Of a stretch of DNA of 64,000 bases, positions 1-14,845 are shown piece by piece (position 1 is the stretch's first letter; each line of letters begins with the position of its first letter). Origin of the DNA: the human T2T-CHM13v2.0 reference genome, Homo sapiens; the NCBI RefSeq assembly GCF_009914755.1, contig NC_060942.1. One strand, given 5' to 3'. The notes under the pieces were generated by a model that saw only the letters and a program-made list of their open reading frames with translations, was not told the origin of the DNA and searched no databases. Made by a program: the position numbers and the translations under genes.

Positions 1-234
1 CTTTTGTTGATGATGTAGCTTTTGCTTAGATGTTTTCTCTTTCTTTGCTAATCTTCCCTCAGTTTTCTCTCACAAAACAGGATGATGAATACCTACCAAT
101 TTAAGCTTTAAGCCAAAATTGTCCTCATATGTAGAGAATCTTTTAACCCTCCTAGATATAGGTGCTCACAATTTGCTTCATTCTTCCACGATAGCATGTG
201 AGGTCTTCTGCCACAGCAATTTTCATTCACGCAT

Positions 235-500
235 CTGTTCATTCATTCATTCCACAAAATATTTATTGAGTATTGTTTAGTACAATAAATGTTTTCATAA
301 GAGGCCATTAGACTAAACGAATGAAAAAGACAAGCTTGATTTCTGTTGTCATGGAGCTTATACCTTCAAATGAGACTTAGAGGCTTTCTTGCGTTTCCCT
401 AAAATGTTGCAAGTTCTTTACAAGAAAGATTCATGAATTATTCAATTTAGTATCTCAGAATTTAACATAGTTACTGACACTGGCTGTAAACAATAAATAA
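235..500. mobile_element. L2 3'-end fragments (one per strand)
   Basis: ttcattcattcattccacaaaatatttattgag (typical minus-strand L2 tail) followed by a degraded plus-strand L2 end. Confidence 0.5.
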
Positions 501-649
501 GCAAGGTTTTTAATGATATGCAATGAAAAACAGGGTTTTTTTTTTGTTTGTTTGCCTGTTTTAAAAGATAGAGACATTGTCATATTTAACACAATGTAAA
601 TTCTACTATGGAAGAAGGAACAAATGGATTAAAATTTTTGCCACAGACA

Positions 650-790
650 AGTATTATCATTTCTATTTTAAATAACATGATTGATTGAGTGCTCAGAGAT
701 GTTAAGTAATTTTTCAAAGGTCACAGAAGTTTCACTGCTAAGATTCAAGCACAAGCTGACTCTAAAGTGTCTGCTTTTAACCAAATCTGC
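650..790 (-). mobile_element. MIR SINE fragment
   Basis: gctcagagatgttaagtaatttttcaaaggtcacag...ctgactctaaag resembles the MIR core. Confidence 0.6.
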
Positions 791-1868
791 AGTCCAGGAG
801 GTTTATTCTCCAGTATCTGCTTTATAATGTCTTGGCCATTGTGGCTGTTAATCAACATTACTTCCATATTACTTTTAAATAAACTTTTTATGGAGCTAAA
901 CACATGCATGCATACATGCAGGAAAGTGCACAAGCAATAAATATTAATAAAATGAAAGCAAACATGATAGATACACAGACCAAGAAATAGAATATTATCT
1001 GTGCCTCAGAACTCCAACTTTTACCCCTCCTCATAATTAAGCCCTACACAAAAAAATAATTATCTTGACTTCTAACACTAGATATTTGTCGTTTGTCTTT
1101 TTGTTATTTTTTTCTATAAAGACAGTTGTTCAATATATATGTGTGTCTATCTTCATCCATTCAACATTGTGTTTGTAAGATTGAAACTTGTGAGTACAGC
1201 AATTGTTCATTCATTCTCATGATTTTTTTTGTAATGTATTTCTCTGTTCAAATGTTGATGAATATTTGTTGGGAGTTTTTGTTTATTATGAATAACATTG
1301 CTATAAACATCTTTGTACGTATCATTTGTTAAACTATTCTGATGGGTATTTGCCTAACAATGGAATTTGTTGTATGAGTATATGACAAAGATTCCGAAAG
1401 TGCTATGGATGAGAGTAACAAGCATTGTTTGAGCATTCCAATTGCTCCATGTCCTTAACACTGTTCAGTCTTCATTGTCAGTCTTTTTCCTTTCTTTATT
1501 GTAGTAGTCATCTTATTAGTAGTATCAAGTTGAGATATTGGTTTGGATTTTCCTAACTACTAATAAGGTCAAGCAGCTTTCACATAAATTTACTGACCAT
1601 ATGTATGCTCTCTTTTGTAAACAGACACTCAGGGTTTTGCCCATTTTAAAAACTTGATCATTCTGTCATTTTTATTGATTTGTGGAAAATTCTCTATTCT
1701 TAACACTGGTTCTTAATCAGACATAAAAATGGCAAATATTCCTCTCTACTCTATGACTTATTTGCATAATTGTAACGGTGTGGCTTTTAATGAACAGAAA
1801 TTCTTTGTTTTAACACAGTCCAGTTGTTCTATGTTATCCTTTACATTAGACCAGTATGAAAGCAATCG

Positions 1869-2329
<461 letters not shown>

Positions 2330-3403
2330 CTATAGAATCTGTGCTATTTCTCCTTTTTAAAATTTTCCCCTATTTTCTTTTCTCCTTATTGACTAATTTT
2401 GCCATAAGTTTTCAATTTCATTAATCTTTCCTCTCCCCTTTCAAAAATAACTGGTTTCATTGATTCTCTCTATCGTGTATTTATTATAACTTTTACTGCT
2501 TTCTCTTTTTATCATTATTATTGCCTTTCTTTTACTTTCTTATTGATATTCTGTTTTTAAATAAGCTCTTTATAAATTTGTAAAATGGATACCTAAAGCT
2601 CTATCATTCAACAATTCTTTACTTATATATACATTTGGGCTATGAACTTCAATATGCATATAATTCCATTATTTTCATTAAAAAGTCAGCCTTCTTTCTC
2701 ATTTTTGCCTTTTATAAGAAAATGTATCTTTATTCTCTGAATTCTTTTAATATATTACTTTTGTTGGTGATGTTCACTTTTCTACATTGTGAAAATCTGG
2801 GATGATTTTTACTTTTATTGACCCTATCAATGTTAGAAGAATCTCTTGAAGATATAGATAGATTTCTCTTATTGGTTTAAGAAAATTATTAAACATTATA
2901 TTTTCAATTTTTTGTCATTCTTTGTATCCTACTTTTGTGGGAATCCAATTATACAACTGTTAGACCTTTTTATTGACTCCTATACATACAACTTTTAAGC
3001 TATTTTTAATATTAATGAACTAGTCCTTTAATAGTCCATTGTTCAGATTGAATCTTTTCCACTGAGCTTTCTACAATTAACTGATTTTCTCCTCATTTGA
3101 TTCCAATATGTGTTTAAAATTAGTTATTTGCATAATAATGTGTGTGTCCATGTCTGCGTGTGTGTGTGTATTCTGGATGCAGAATATGTATTATATACGT
3201 ATTTATTCTGGACTTTACATGTGACCTTTTAATCAACTTTAATTCTCTGATTAAAAACTTTCCAAAATATCATATATTTTATTGAACACATATTTTATGG
3301 TTATTCTGGTAATTATAACTCTGTCATTTACTGGCCTGATTCTATTTTTGATTTTTTTCTAAAGCTAGTTTTTAGTATTTCTAGTCACATATAATTAAAC
3401 GAT

Positions 3404-3871
3404 TGTTTATTCATTTCCTAAGGCTGCTGTGACAAACTAACACAAACTGTGTGGCTTAAATCAATAAGCAATTATTATCTCACAGTTCTGGAAGCTAGAT
3501 GTCTAACATCAAATTTTCTTCAGGGCCATGTCTCCACTCAAGTCTCTGGGGAAGACTTCTTCCTTCCTTGTCTCTTCCAGCTGCTGGTATCTACTGGCAA
3601 TCCTTGTCATTCCTTATTTTTTAACTGCACCACTCCAGCCTCTGATTCTATTATCACATAGCTTCTTCCTTATGTGTGTGTGTGTCTCTATGTTCTCTCA
3701 CTTCTTAGAAGAACATCAATCATTGAAGGTAGGACATACTCTAACTTAGTGTGACCTCATTCTAGCTTGATTACATCTGCAAACACCTTATTTGTAAATA
3801 AGGTCATATTTATAGTTACCAAGTTTAGGACTTGAACTTATCTTTTGGGGAGAAACAATTCAACCCAGTAC
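3404..3871 (-). mobile_element. MLT1 (MLT1B/C-like) MaLR solo LTR
   Basis: aggctgctgtgacaaactaacacaaactgtgtggcttaaa...ttttggggagaaacaattcaacccagtac. Confidence 0.85.
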
Positions 3872-4394
3872 TGCTAGATATTGTGTATGAAACATTTTTG
3901 AGATATTTGATAATGTTACTTTGCTGTAGAGTGAGTATATTATCTGCTGAGCATACAGAGCAGGAACTGAGCTAACTTAAGGTTGAGCATAGCTTTTGTA
4001 GGACTACTGATTAATCCCAACCTCTATAGTTTATTTTATCAGAACTCCCCACCAAGACTTAATAGTCTAGGTTCTTTCTTTTTTGGCAGATTCTATACCT
4101 TGTTTTTTGTCCCCCTGTCACTATAAAACTGATCAAACTTTTCTCTGCTTTTCAGAGGCTTTGAGCTTACCTTTTTATCTCTTTACACTGCGGAGCTTAA
4201 GAAATTAGCATATCCATCTAGGAGAAATCTGCACTGCCATATTTATTTCTCTATCTCTCTTTTCTCTCTGGAATTTTGGACCTCTAAGTTTGGTATTCCT
4301 TAAAATTCTGAAACTCAAAATTTTGTCTGTTCAACCTTATAAGATTGCTAGAACTCTGATGTTTGACCTACTCTAATCAATAATCTTCTTATCT

Positions 4395-5090
4395 GTTTCC
4401 AGCTGCCCTAGCTGATATCTTGTAGACCACAGAGAAACCAAATAGTTGGGCTTTTCCCAAGTTTTTGATTTCCAAATGTAAGAATCAAATAAAATTGTTG
4501 TTTTAGACCACTAAGTTCTGATGTAGTTTTTTACACAGGAGAGAAAAAACGCCAAAAACCAAAGACTGAAAACAAACAAACAAACGCACTCAACACCTAT
4601 CACCAATTGTTCCCATTTGCTTTCCCTAATGTTGGGAATAGTAAACTAAATACTCCATCTAATAACTCATTTTTAACTAGGGAATACACAAAACATAAAA
4701 ATGTTTCATGAGATACAGGTGGAGTCTATGAATAAAGTGTCTTCCCAAATCTAAATAATAATAATAAAATAAAATAAAAGCAAAGTCTTGCTTTGTGGAA
4801 ATATTTATAACCCTTAAACTTTCTTTTTCTCTTTTCCTGGAACAGACACAAATGAACAGCAGAACTCTTGCTCCCATGAATTGGCAAGTATAGTCAGAAG
4901 TCTCCCCACTGTGGATGGGAGACAGAAAAGAAAGAAAGAGCCTGAATTACTGAGGGGGTGAGTAAATAGCCACATTAGTCCAGGACTCCTATCTCTCCAA
5001 TTATTATATAGGACAAATAAGTTGGTATTTCTTCATGACACTCTTTGCCTAGGTTTTCTGTTATATACAGACAAATTCATCCTTTAAAAA
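4395..5090 (+). mobile_element. Two old MLT1 (J/K/L-like) LTR 3' fragments (~4395-4545 and ~4850-5090)
   Basis: aataaaattgttgtttttagaccactaag...tttttacacag and ggttttctgttatatacagacaaattcatcc endings. Confidence 0.5.
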
Positions 5091-6374
5091 TAGAGATATA
5101 ACATGGATATATTGTTCTAAATGGAACTGGAAATGTTGTGGAATACTATGGCGTTACGATTTTCATATAACTAATAACATAATAGAATTTAAAAAATGCC
5201 CTCTCCCACAGGTGGTCATTTAAAAAACTTGTATTAGTTTTTAGAGGTTCATTAAAATGAATTATTGGCAATGTGTTTTAAAGATTAAGGCAATTCATTT
5301 TTCTTCGAAGAAAGAGGCTGTGTGTTTTCATAACATATGGAGTAACCCAAAATGAAACTTTATTTTGGCAATTAGTAAAGTATTATATTCAAAATCATAC
5401 ATTGACAAAGTATCCTGTGTATTATAGGGTCTAGATACTCATTGTTTCAAAAATCTAACACATAACTATTTGAAATTGATATAGTTACGAAGTAGTAACC
5501 TAATTTACTTTATAAAACCATAACATTCCATCCTAAAGACTTCTGAGCTGAGAACTGTCAGGGTTAAATTCCTTTAGGAAATATATACTATTATGAAACT
5601 AGAAGAGAAAATCAATTTTCTAAGATTGGAATCAGAGGCTCATTAAAATATTCATTATGTATGTGAGATATTCTTGTGGTCCACAAAAGTACCAGACTGA
5701 GTGACAGAAAAGATTTTCAGGCCAAAACTTGCTTCACTGGGAATGAGAATTGGTAGGTCAGAAAATTTCAGAAGCTGAAATCTACTACTGTATAACATTA
5801 TGCTGCATGCTAGAAACCCACTGTCATATCAACCTCTTTCCAAAAACTTTTAAACTTAATCTTATTCCACAACAAAGTTACATTGATACTGCATGGAATA
5901 TTAAATTTTTCCATCTATAATTCATAGTAAATTAGCTAGAATATGCTTAATTCACAAACTATGAGACACATATATATTTATATAACTATGTAATGGGACA
6001 AAAGATATCAATTATATACTCTATAGCCAAGAGAAAATTAATCCTTGAGGAACTTTTACTTTGTTTTGTAAATTCAATCCCATTTAGCATAATCTAGAAG
6101 AAAAATGAAATAAACTTCATTATGAAGATGCAGGCCTGAGTGCAATATAAAAATAATTTTTCTCATAGACCTTTTTTTAAAAAACACTGTGATTAATCTT
6201 GACCAGGACCGATCTAAGAAGTAAAGAAAATGACTTGGCTTTCTCTTGATGAAATTCAATAGAAAGTTTCATTACATTTTTTTTTTTTTAGAGAAGCTTA
6301 GGGTTTAAGTTATAGTTCAATATTTTTTTTGCTCTCAATACAGGTGATTTTTATTAAAAGCACTGCAGGAATTT

Positions 6375-6810
6375 TCAGTCAGGGTTCAACCTGAAAAGCA
6401 GAACCACCAGAGGAGAGAAAAAGAGACAGAAACAGAGACAGAATAAAGACTTGTTTTAAACAACTGTGAATGCTGTCTAGGCAAGTCCAAAGTTTGTATT
6501 CTTGTAGTAAATAGATTAGACAAGAAGGAGGGATCGTGAGCAGAATGTAACCCCACAGAGGCAAGGGCAAGAGAGACATCCAGGGGTGAGATTCAATTTC
6601 TCTCTCTCAAAGGGAGGCCGAGCCATCTTTTAAGGCCTCCTAATTGAATAAATGAGGCCCATTCAGGGTAATGTCACTGAAAAAATGTCAACTGTTTATA
6701 GAGCTTTTACATCTACAAAATCCCTTTACAGCAGCACCTAGATTCATGTTGGATTAAAACACTGGGGACTTAGGTCAGCCCAGCCACTTACCGCATCAAA
6801 CATAGCCAAG
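6375..6810 (-). mobile_element. MLT2-family (ERVL) LTR, degraded
   Basis: gtcagggttcaacctgaaaagcagaacc...aaggcctcctaattgaataaatgaggccca...acagcagcacctagattcatgttgga. Confidence 0.6.
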
Positions 6811-6885
6811 AACATGTAATGTGCATCTATATATTTTTAGGATAACTCTAAAATTCATAAATTTAATCAATTATGTAAACTTTTA

Positions 6886-7210
<325 letters not shown>

Positions 7211-8949
7211 AAGAAGTTGAAAATTTTTCCAGAGTGAATAAAAAAGGAAAAACTGACTGCTGTTGATTCATAATTGGGAAAATAAGTATACAAAGTAAAG
7301 AGGTTTGAGGCCCAATAATATTTTAAATGTGGTTATATTGCCACAGTATTTAGGATCTATGAAGAGACATTTATGGCTCTGTCTGAAAGTTTCTTTTCCT
7401 TAATATGCCACTGCCTTTCAACTGGGAGTTAGAAAATTTAATTTTCTTTTCAAGGTAGACAATATTTTTTTTTCAGGTTTGTTATGAAATTGATTTTGTG
7501 AAGTGCACGTGGCAGAGCATTCTAAAAGGGAAGGCTGTAATGATCAGTGTTACATAGGCGGTAACTTTTATGGATTAATGTGCATAAAAGACACACAAAT
7601 GTACAAATACACCATTTGAGTACAAAATACGTGGAGATATACATTAGTGTTCTATCACATCCTCACCTTCTTCTTCTCCCAATTATCCTATTAAATGCAA
7701 CCAAACAAGGTCTAGAGAATTTTGGAGCTCTACTCCTATGCTTTCCATATTTACAAGAAGTAGGCAAGAGCAAGCAGAAGCAGATGGTGATTGTTTTTTC
7801 CTCAAAGAAAGACCAAAATGCATAAAATATGACTCAATGATGCTAATTTTTTAGGTGTATGAGCCTCAGTTGATGGTGTTCATTGTTATTAATATATTGC
7901 TGGGCTTCTGCTTTTTCCACTACTAAGAGCAAGAAAGATTCACCCTTAAACATTACCTTGCTCTTGGCTTGACAAACAGTGAGTTACAAAAAGAAATTCC
8001 AGGAAATGAATATGCTATTTCTTAAAGATTTTTAGGCTGCTCATCTTCCCTTTGTAGGTCTAAGTTTGCATTTGAAAGCTATGTTCATCTTTATGATTGG
8101 TCAGAAATGCTATCAATATATACTTCGTTAATGAATGATAAAGTTGAAACATATACAACTTTTCAAAATAAATTGTCTACTTTATATGAAGTTAATTATT
8201 TTCCATAATAATGAGAACAATAGTCAACCACACTACTCTCTTTTGTAAACCTCATCTTCTTAGATTTGGCCCTGAATTCCTTGACTGAATTCCCAAAATG
8301 TGTTTCTGTCCCTACCCATTGTCACCTGAGGGCCTATCCAATAGGACCTTTACCCAGATATTGGCCAAAAGGCCATAAATGATGATATTCAGTCTCTTCT
8401 CAGATTAGGGAGTCTTTTAGAAATAGGATATTCATTAGGGAAGAAGACAATGGAATAGCAGTGATTCTAAGACCCATAGAAAAAGTCATCATTTTTACTT
8501 GAATTTGGAAATAAATTTGGGCACAGAGTACTATGTATAATAGGCCTATTACACTTTGGATCTAATTTATTTCATTTGTGTGAGAAATCTAGTCATAGAA
8601 ATCTATAGTGCATTTAATTATTACCCTTTGCATGCGAAATTTGCAATTTTTTTCCTCCCAAATAAAACATGTTAGAAAAAGCCATGATAAAAAGTAGAAA
8701 ACCTATACATTAATTATAGGCCAAAAAGACACTGCAGTTAAAGTTTTTAATTTTGTTTTTATTCCTTCAGTTACTTAATATCTAATAATATATCAGAGAA
8801 AGAATTATTATTAAAGTACTTTCTTCAAAGTGCTATGAATTATACAATTTTCACTTAACCTCATTTATATTTACATTATATATAAAGAAGACTTTTATCT
8901 TAGACTTGGAGAGGCCATGCTGAAAATGAGAAGGAAATCAAAGACAAGA

Positions 8950-9935
8950 GATAAAGAAATAATAGAAAAATATATAGTGATTTGAACCAACATCCCCACT
9001 GAACCCTTATAGAAAAGCTGATTATATTTATAAAAATCTGCTTAATGTCACTAGAGAACTAATAAGACTGTAAAAAGTTATAGGTCCAAAAACTAGAAAA
9101 ATATTTTGAAACCTAGAAATGTGAGTCCAGCATGTGAAGATGGTTTCTCCTGTGAGTTCTACTTCTAGAAGAAATTCTCATTCTAGAAAAGTGCCACTTC
9201 TCAAATTTAGCAGCATATTTTAAAATCTTATGGGATAGGGGTATATAAATAAGAGTCCAGGACCATCAAGCGGGGATGTTTATTATAAGTACCATTTACA
9301 CTTTCGGTTGAGACTTTCCCAAGGTACACATTTTAAAAGTAAAACTGACCTAAAAGACAACTGGTTCTTGCAGAAACTAAATCTCAGTTTCAAATCACCT
9401 TAATCTCTGAAATTTGATTAGGATGATTTCAGACTTCTATTGTTCTTAGCCACTTTCCAAATGAAAATAAAACTTCTATCTGGAGGTGATAGATAGGCCT
9501 TGAATTATCTCAAAGGCTTTTCATTTGTAATGTCCAGCATTTAACCAAAAATATTTAGGCACATGAGGGGACAAAGCTGCATGAAAGAAGAGAGAACACA
9601 CAGAAAGGGAACAACAGAAAAAAATAACCCACAAGAAATCTATATATTAAAGACTGTGTCTGAAGTCCCAACTTTAAAATAACTATGCTTAATATACTTC
9701 AAGAAATAAATGTCAAAATTGAGAAATGTAGCAGATAAGAAATGCAACAAAAAAGAAACATATAAAAATCTGAGCAATATAATAACTGTAACCATGATTA
9801 CAATGTATGACTTTAACAGAAGATTGAACACAACTAAAGAGAGAATTAGTGAACTGGAAGATATAAAAAATTAAAAATCCAGATTGAATCTCAGATATAT
9901 GAAAAGGTAGATAATATAGAAGAGAGATTTGAGAT
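8950..9935 (+). mobile_element. Old L1M 5'UTR/ORF1 remnant
   Basis: A-rich ORF1-like sequence: actttaaaataactatgcttaatatacttcaagaaataa...agattgaacacaactaaagagagaattagtgaactggaagata. Confidence 0.65.
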
Positions 9936-9939
9936 GGCA

Positions 9940-12860
9940 GCATTTTGAGAGAAGACCTGAAAGGACTGAGGGCACTTGCTAGGCAAGTATGTGTGGGAAG
10001 AGGATTTCAAGCAATAAGAAGGGGAAATAAAAATTCCCTGAGCTAAAACTGCTTTTTTCTTCTTCTTTTTTTTTCTTTTTCCGCAAGATAAAGCATGAGG
10101 CCAGTGTGGATAGGGCAGAATGAGCTATAGAGAAAAAAGTAGAAGATGAGGCTAGATAAGTAATGGGGAGGACTGCAGTGTTACATATATAAGGCTATTG
10201 TAAAACTTTGATGTTCACCTGAAAGGAGAAGAGAAGACATTGGAAGCATTGAAGAATTTATAGAAGAGGATGACCAGGCCTGTATTTTCACAGGATCCCT
10301 CTGGCTGATGAGGAGAAGAGGAAAGCACAGGGAGGAAAATGGGAATCAGTTAGGAGTCTGTTATAAGAAGCCTATAGATAGATAATAGTGGTCTTCACCA
10401 AAGTGATAGCAGTGGATGAAATTTGAAGTTATTGTAATTTAAATATATTTTGAAGATAGACTCAATAAGATTTGATTGCTGTATAAATGTTGTGTGAGAG
10501 AGAGAGAGAACGGATTCAAATATTTGATTTGATCATCTGAACTGCTGAACGGATAAAACAGCCACTAACTGAGGATGAGGATTTCAAGAGAGGAATGTAT
10601 GGGGAAAATAAACTTATGGTTAAAATAGTTTTTATGCAACCCAGTGGTGATATTGAGGGAGTGGTTGAAGAGATAAGTCTGGAGACATGAAATTGGGAAT
10701 CACTTATGTATGCATGGCATAGGAAGCCACTAGTCAGGATGAGATGGACCACAGGCCTGTGCATGTTGAAATAAGGTGTATACCAGTCAGAATGGCTATT
10801 TTTAAAAAGTCAAAATAACAGGTGCTGGCAAGATTGTGGAGAAAAAGGAATGCTTATGCACTGTTGGTGGAAGTGTAAATAAGTTCGACCATTGTGGAAA
10901 ACAGGCTGGCAATTCCTCAAAGACCTAAAAACAGAAATACTGTTCAACCAAGCAATCCCATTATTGGGTATATACCTAATGGAATATAAATCATTCTACC
11001 ATAAAGACACATGCACACGTATGTTCATTGCAGCACTATTCACAATAGCAAAGGCATGGAATCAGCCTAAATGCACATCAATGCTAGACTTGATAAAGAA
11101 AATGTGGTACATACACAATATGGAATACTACACAGCCATAAAAAATGAAATCACCTCATTTGCAGGAAGATAAGTGGAGCTGGAGGCTATTTTCCTTAGC
11201 AAACTAATGCAGAAACAGAAAACCAAATACTGCATATTATAACTTATAAGTGAGCGCTAAAAGATGAGAACACATGGACACAAAGAGAGGAACTACTGGA
11301 GAGTGGAGAATGAGAGGTGGAAGAGGATCAGGAAAAATAACTAATGGGTACTAAGATTAGTACCTAGGTGATGAAATAACCTGTACAACAACCCTCTGTG
11401 AATGAGTTTACCTATATAACAAACCTGTACATGTACCCCTGAACTTAAAAGTAAACAAAAAAAAAGAGAGAGAGAGAGAAATAAAGTGTGTAAAAATAGA
11501 GAGCCCTGAATATGCTCACTGTGAAGGAGTCAGGGAAATAAGGAGAAACAGAAGGGAAGGTGGTCAGAGGAAGGAGACACAGAAGTAAAGGCCAAAGAAG
11601 TAAGAGGAAACCTGAGATATCCATGTCCAAAAACCATATAAGAAAGGTTTAGAAGAGAAGGGAATGTCAAAGTCTGATAAGTCAATGGAGAGACGAAGCT
11701 TTAGAACTGAACATTGTATTTAGCAAAGTGGAGGTGATTGGTAATTATGACAAGATCTGTTTGATGAGTGTGCAAGCCCATTCAGACTTTTTCAAGACAG
11801 AATAAGAAAATAATCTACAACTACTGAAGAGATAATTTTATGATATTTTACTGTTAAAGGCAGGAGGGAATTGAGTGGTTACTGAAAGGAATAATGAAGT
11901 CAATAGGTTTTCAAGATGGTAGAAATACAATTATGTGTATATTCTAATGGAAAAGATCCTAATGTGGGAGGACTAGGAATTAATGGCTGGAAAGGGAAAA
12001 AGTTGCCGGAGTCAAGTTCTTGAGTAATTAAAAGGAAGTAGAATCAAGTACACAGATAGCAGTGTTGGTCTTTGCTAGCAGTACAGAAAGTGCATCAATA
12101 TTATCAGGATTGTCATTGGTTGTATCAGCACAATTACAGACAACTGGGTAGATAATGTTGTAATGGGGCTTATGGAATTTTTGGTCTGTTCCATTTTCTC
12201 AAAGAAAGAGAGAATTAAGTTATTAACAACAAAAAAAGATGGGAAAGGAGATGCTGAAAATTTTAAGAGAGAAGAGACGTCAGGGGAACATTCTTAGACA
12301 GGAGTGAGTCTCAATGAATGAGTAAAACATTGTGTGATGGCCAAGAAACACTAAAGACTGCATTGACCAACAGGAGAATCCTGAGTTTAGTAAGACCAGT
12401 CAGCTAATGGTGTCTTTCTTACCTTTGATCATGTTCAGCTGCAGTTTCAGGGCAAAGGTGCAGAGCAGATCAAGAGTTAGATATAATCAGAGCTGAAGTT
12501 TAGCCAAACAAGGACAAAGCTATGGAGAAGAAAGATAGTGGAGGCTGAATGCAAGGACATGCTTATGATGATTGGACTTTAAACTCTGTAAAGAAAGAAG
12601 TGAAAAAATGGAGTGAGAAAGCAAGTCTATAAATCCTAAATTCTGGTGGGATCTAAGGATTCACTAGCAATTGAAACTAGAGGAAAAGTTTGGGAATATA
12701 ATTTGATGGTGATCAGAGAGCAGGATGCTTCAGAATGGATTCTGGAGGGATTGCAGTTATTGATTAAAGACAAAATGTAAACTATAAACAGGGACTGAGA
12801 GTTTGTAGTGGGGTAAAGAATAAGATCCTTGAGAGTTAGAACCTTGAGAGGCCCCAAAGA
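9940..12860 (-). mobile_element. Long L2 element, split by an L1PA insertion
   Basis: Purine-rich L2 antisense motifs (ggccagtgtggatagggcagaatgag, gaagatgaggctagataag, ttagcaaagtggaggtgattggtaa). Confidence 0.75.
10780..11477 (+). mobile_element. 5'-truncated L1PA13-16-type element (ORF2 C-terminus + 3'UTR)
   Basis: ORF 10892-11173 resembles the L1 ORF2 C-terminus (WQFLKDLK...AIPLLGIY...MFIAALFTIAKAWNQPKC); 3'UTR ends catgtacccctgaacttaaaag; TSD gaaataaggtgt (10768-10779)/gaaataaagtgt (11478-11489). Confidence 0.9.
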
Positions 12861-12914
12861 ATTGATGGCTCATACATATGTATGTTTACATCTTAAATAA
12901 TTAGCCCGGGGTGG

Positions 12915-13274
12915 TGTATTAGTCCATTCTCACACTGCTATAAAGAACTACCTGAGACTGGGTAATTTATGAAGAAAGTGATTTAATTGACTCAGAGTTC
13001 CATGAGTTTGATAGGAAGCATGACTGAGAGGCTTCAGGAAATTTACAATCATGGCATCAAGCGAAGAAGAAGCAAGCACCTTCTTCGCATGGTGGCAGGA
13101 AGAGTGAGAAAGAAATGGGAAGTGCCACACACTTTTAAACCATCAGATCTCGTGAAAACTCACTCACTATCAGAAGAACAGCAAGGGGGAAATCTGCCCT
13201 CATGATCCAATCACCTCCCACCAACCTCTTCTCCAATTCAACATGAGATTTGGGCTGGGACACAAATCATATCA
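12915..13274 (-). mobile_element. MSTA-like MaLR solo LTR
   Basis: tgtattagtccattctcacactgctataaagaactacctgagactgggtaattt...gggacacaaatcatatca. Confidence 0.9.
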
Positions 13275-13450
13275 AGTAGTATATGAATCACATGGTAGAT
13301 TTCCGTTACATCAGTTCACTGGAAGTCATTTTTAATGAAAGATGCAGGCTGTATTGTCATTTAATATTTAAGATTCACTGTATTATATTTTAAACATGTA
13401 AATACAACCAAAGGAAGTGGAAAGAATAGAAAAGGATTATAATTAATACC

Positions 13451-14405
13451 TGCGATGGTTAATTTCACATGTCAACTTGACTTGGCCATGAGATGCCAAG
13501 ATAATTGGCTAAATGTTATTTCTAGGTGTATGTGTGATGGTGTTTCCAGAAGAGATTAGCATTTAAATGGGTGGTCTGAGTAAGGCAGATGGCCCTTCTC
13601 AGTGTGAGTGGGTGTGAGAAAACATTTTAAATGGTCCATTTTCAAGGCATGATAAATCTAAGTACTGGCAGCCAGCCTGCAGATGTAACAAATCACATGG
13701 CTAATGCACCTAGAAGGTCACAATAACCGAACAGAATGTAGGGTAGAAGCTTTTATTATTGAGAAATCGAAACTTAAGCGGGGAAGGGGATGGGGTATAA
13801 CCTTATAAAGGGGATAATGAAACTTAGTCGATGTCCAGGAAGATTGTAACCCCATAGTACTCGACCAACGAAGGACTTGGGGAGGGACTTGCATCCTAGG
13901 AAATAAATTACCTGCTATAACTGCCCCAGGTGTGCCTGCCTACCAGACACCCGATCTTGCAAGACCGCCATTAAAAGTCTGGCTTCTGCAGTTCTTCGTG
14001 TCCCTGGGTCCATTCTTCGGGTTTGGATGGGTAAATGTGTGTTTCTTACAGTGGGCATCACCCAATCCCTTCACAGCCTGAACAGAACAAAATGTCAGAG
14101 GAAAGTTGAATTCGCTCTCTGCTTGTGAGTGCTTGAACTGGAACATGGATTGGCCCTCAGTGCTCCTGTTTCTTAGGCCTTCAAGACTAGATCAGAATCT
14201 TCACCATCAGCACTGTTTGTCCTCCTGCTTTCAGGCCTTCAAACCACACCACCAGCTTTCCTTGGTGCCCAGCTGGCAGATGGCTCATTGTGGGATCTCT
14301 CAGCCTCTGTAATCACATAACAAATACTTTACAATACATCTCTTTTACCATCTAATATAAACTATGTATATAATACATCGCATATAATACATATATTGTC
14401 TATTT

Positions 14406-14443
<38 letters not shown>

Positions 14444-14500
14444 ATGCATCTGTATCCCTCCTTTTGGTTCTGCTCCTCTAGAGAACCCTGACCGATATAA
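13451..14500 (+). mobile_element. MLT2A/B-like ERVL solo LTR, split by an ERV1 LTR; contains (CA)n at ~14408-14440
   Basis: tgcgatggttaatttcacatgtcaacttgact...ctagagaaccctgaccgatata. Confidence 0.85.
13613..14050 (+). mobile_element. ERV1 solo LTR (LTR15-like)
   Basis: TG...CA termini with inverted ends tgtgagaaa/tttcttaca; exact 5-bp TSD gtggg at 13608-13612 and 14051-14055; internal ccaa/tataa/attaaa promoter-polyA layout. Confidence 0.8.
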
Positions 14501-14689
14501 TATCATCAACTGAAGACAACGTGTTTTACCGAACCACCAGCAGGAGATGTATTTTCACTTATTGGAGTTGTTTGAAAGAGTTAACAAGTTAGATATCTTT
14601 TAATATTTTAAGAAAATCAAAGTAATGATTATATATATATAATGTATAGTGATAGACATTGCTTACAAACTTCTGTTTGATGTGTTTAC

Positions 14690-14845
14690 AATAAAGCTGT
14701 GCGTTAAATATTATTGTTGTCCTTATTTATTGTTGAGAAACTAAGGCACAGAGAGTTTAAATGGTTATTAAGGTTAAAGAGCTAAAAAGTGGAAGAACAG
14801 GCATTTTAACTCAGGCTGACTTCTGAGACCTTGCCCTGTACCCAA
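14690..14845 (-). mobile_element. MIR SINE
   Basis: gagaaactaaggcacagagagtttaaatggttattaaggttaaagagcta core. Confidence 0.7.
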
